Source of the DNA: Anthoceros angustus
Lineage: Eukaryota; Plantae; Anthocerotophyta
NCBI GenBank assembly: GCA_010909165.1
Contig: VJWM01000434.1
Coordinates: forward strand, 1-7,593
Direction: 5' to 3'
DNA length: 7,593 bases
Shown here: positions 6,341 through 7,593 of the stretch, piece after piece
Numbering within the stretch: position 1 is the stretch's first letter
Layout: every line of letters starts with the position of its first letter
The notes under the pieces: model-generated
Seen by the model: only the letters and a program-made list of their open reading frames with translations
Told to the model about the DNA's origin: nothing
Databases searched by the model: none
Translations under genes and position numbers: made by a program

Positions 6341-7593
6341 ATTGGCACACCTCAACCACCAACTCGGGCGCCACTCCCGACCGCCTCCGCTGAATCACCC
6401 TCCTGGACCTACAACGACATCCTACGAGGGTCCCACCCTATGGCGGTAGGTCCACCGCTCACGCATAGGGACCCCCTACACAGCGACTTCTCCACCCGTG
6501 ATTTTGAGACCTTAGCCCGGCTTCCCCTCGGTTTGGTGTGATTTGGGACCCTCCCTTAGGCTCGACTTGGGCCTTCTTCTTACTCCTAATCTCTACCTAC
6601 CCTCTACTCAACATTCAGCTCCACATTCTCCTCAACACTCACCTCAACTCAACTCCTCATCCTCCTAATCTAACCTTACTTCAAGCTCACTGCCCTAGCT
6701 CGCCCTTAGACAACTGGGTCCGCTAAGCCAACAAGTTCTTCCTTGGGCGTTGCTATGAGTTTGCACTGGACAATGAGAACCTCCGGAGTCTTTCCGTAGT
6801 CTACCCTCAAGCCGAGAGTTCCTTGGGCATCGCCACACACCCAAAGCAAAGCAATTTCAAAGAACCATTCACAAGGGAGCAACTGCAGGGCGCCGCAAGG
6901 AGCGAGCCTCCGCCAAGCACTCCGACCACGCAAACTCCCTCTACCATCGCGTTAGCTTGCAGCAGACGAAATTCCTTCACAAGGAGCAAAGGACTCATGA
7001 GTTTGGGAGCGCAAGACGATAATTTTACTTCACAAGCTCCCTCCTTTTAGGGAGGTCCTCACACAGCCTCTCGGCGCCCTCTTGGCCCCGCCTCACTCTT
7101 ATTTTAGTGTATCCTATTGCGACTTTAAGTTCGACATCCAAGCATCTTGGGTAAAATTCTATTCTAGCAAACTTCACCTATGTGAGCCTTAATGGCTCGT
7201 CAACATTCCTATCTAGCTAGTCAACACACCCTCGGGTTGACAAGCATTAATGCCTGTCCTCCTCTAAAGAAAAGTCTCCCCAAGCAATGAGCCCACACTC
7301 CAAGCTACCACCACCCTTCAATTACCTCTAGATGTGCCGCATCGCCTGGTGATCCTACGGATGTAGGGCCACCCTCTACACCTCCTACGGACGGGGTCAC
7401 TCTTGGCCCTACCGCCTCCACACTCTCCAGCAAGAAGGTCTCCCGTGAGCGGATCTTGCTCCATGCCTTCCTCTTCCTCCTCCGAGTCATCCTCACGGCC
7501 TTCCATACCGCATGTGTTTGTCCGCCATGAATGCCACCAAGTGCCTAGCCTCCACTGCGCTCAAGCATCCTCTTCCCTGCCCCTAGCAACCAA
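6341..7593 (+). mobile_element. Probable retroelement 5' leader/internal sequence; no gag or pol motif recognised
   Basis: Lies after the LTR/PBS-like signals; C-rich, with internal degenerate repeats; only short, unrecognisable ORFs. Confidence 0.35.
6343..6351 (+). promoter_or_regulatory. PBS-like site TGGCACACC
   Basis: TGG (complement of tRNA CCA) 2 nt after the putative LTR end; resembles a recalled tRNA-Arg-type PBS (TGGCACGCC) but diverges after 9 nt. Confidence 0.4.

Overview
Eukaryotic, probably land-plant, genomic DNA. It holds two direct copies (about 339-1913 and 4434-5990, offset about 4.1 kb) of a ~1.57 kb unit. Each unit carries a minus-strand gene derived from the ALY/REF (THOC4/Yra1) mRNA-export adaptor family, preceded by a 35-bp minisatellite. 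The gene keeps the ALY landmarks in order: N-terminal UAP56-binding motif SLDDLIKLNKK, RGG/APY segment, RRM tail LDGKPMTIE, GRGG, and C-terminal motif KSAEVLDAELDVYH. The N-terminal motif is amplified to 3 full plus 2 half copies, and almost all of the RRM is unrecognisable. Both copies are frameshifted as written, but by different small indels, so a merged consensus gives open frames for both exons. Sequencing error cannot be told from pseudogenisation here. Between the copies are degenerate ~60-bp repeats, AT-rich sequence and a long (TTC)n tract. Copy 2 ends abruptly at a probable LTR (TGTGGGA...TCCCACA plus a TGG PBS-like site). Family assignments come from my recall of ALY motifs, not from a database search.
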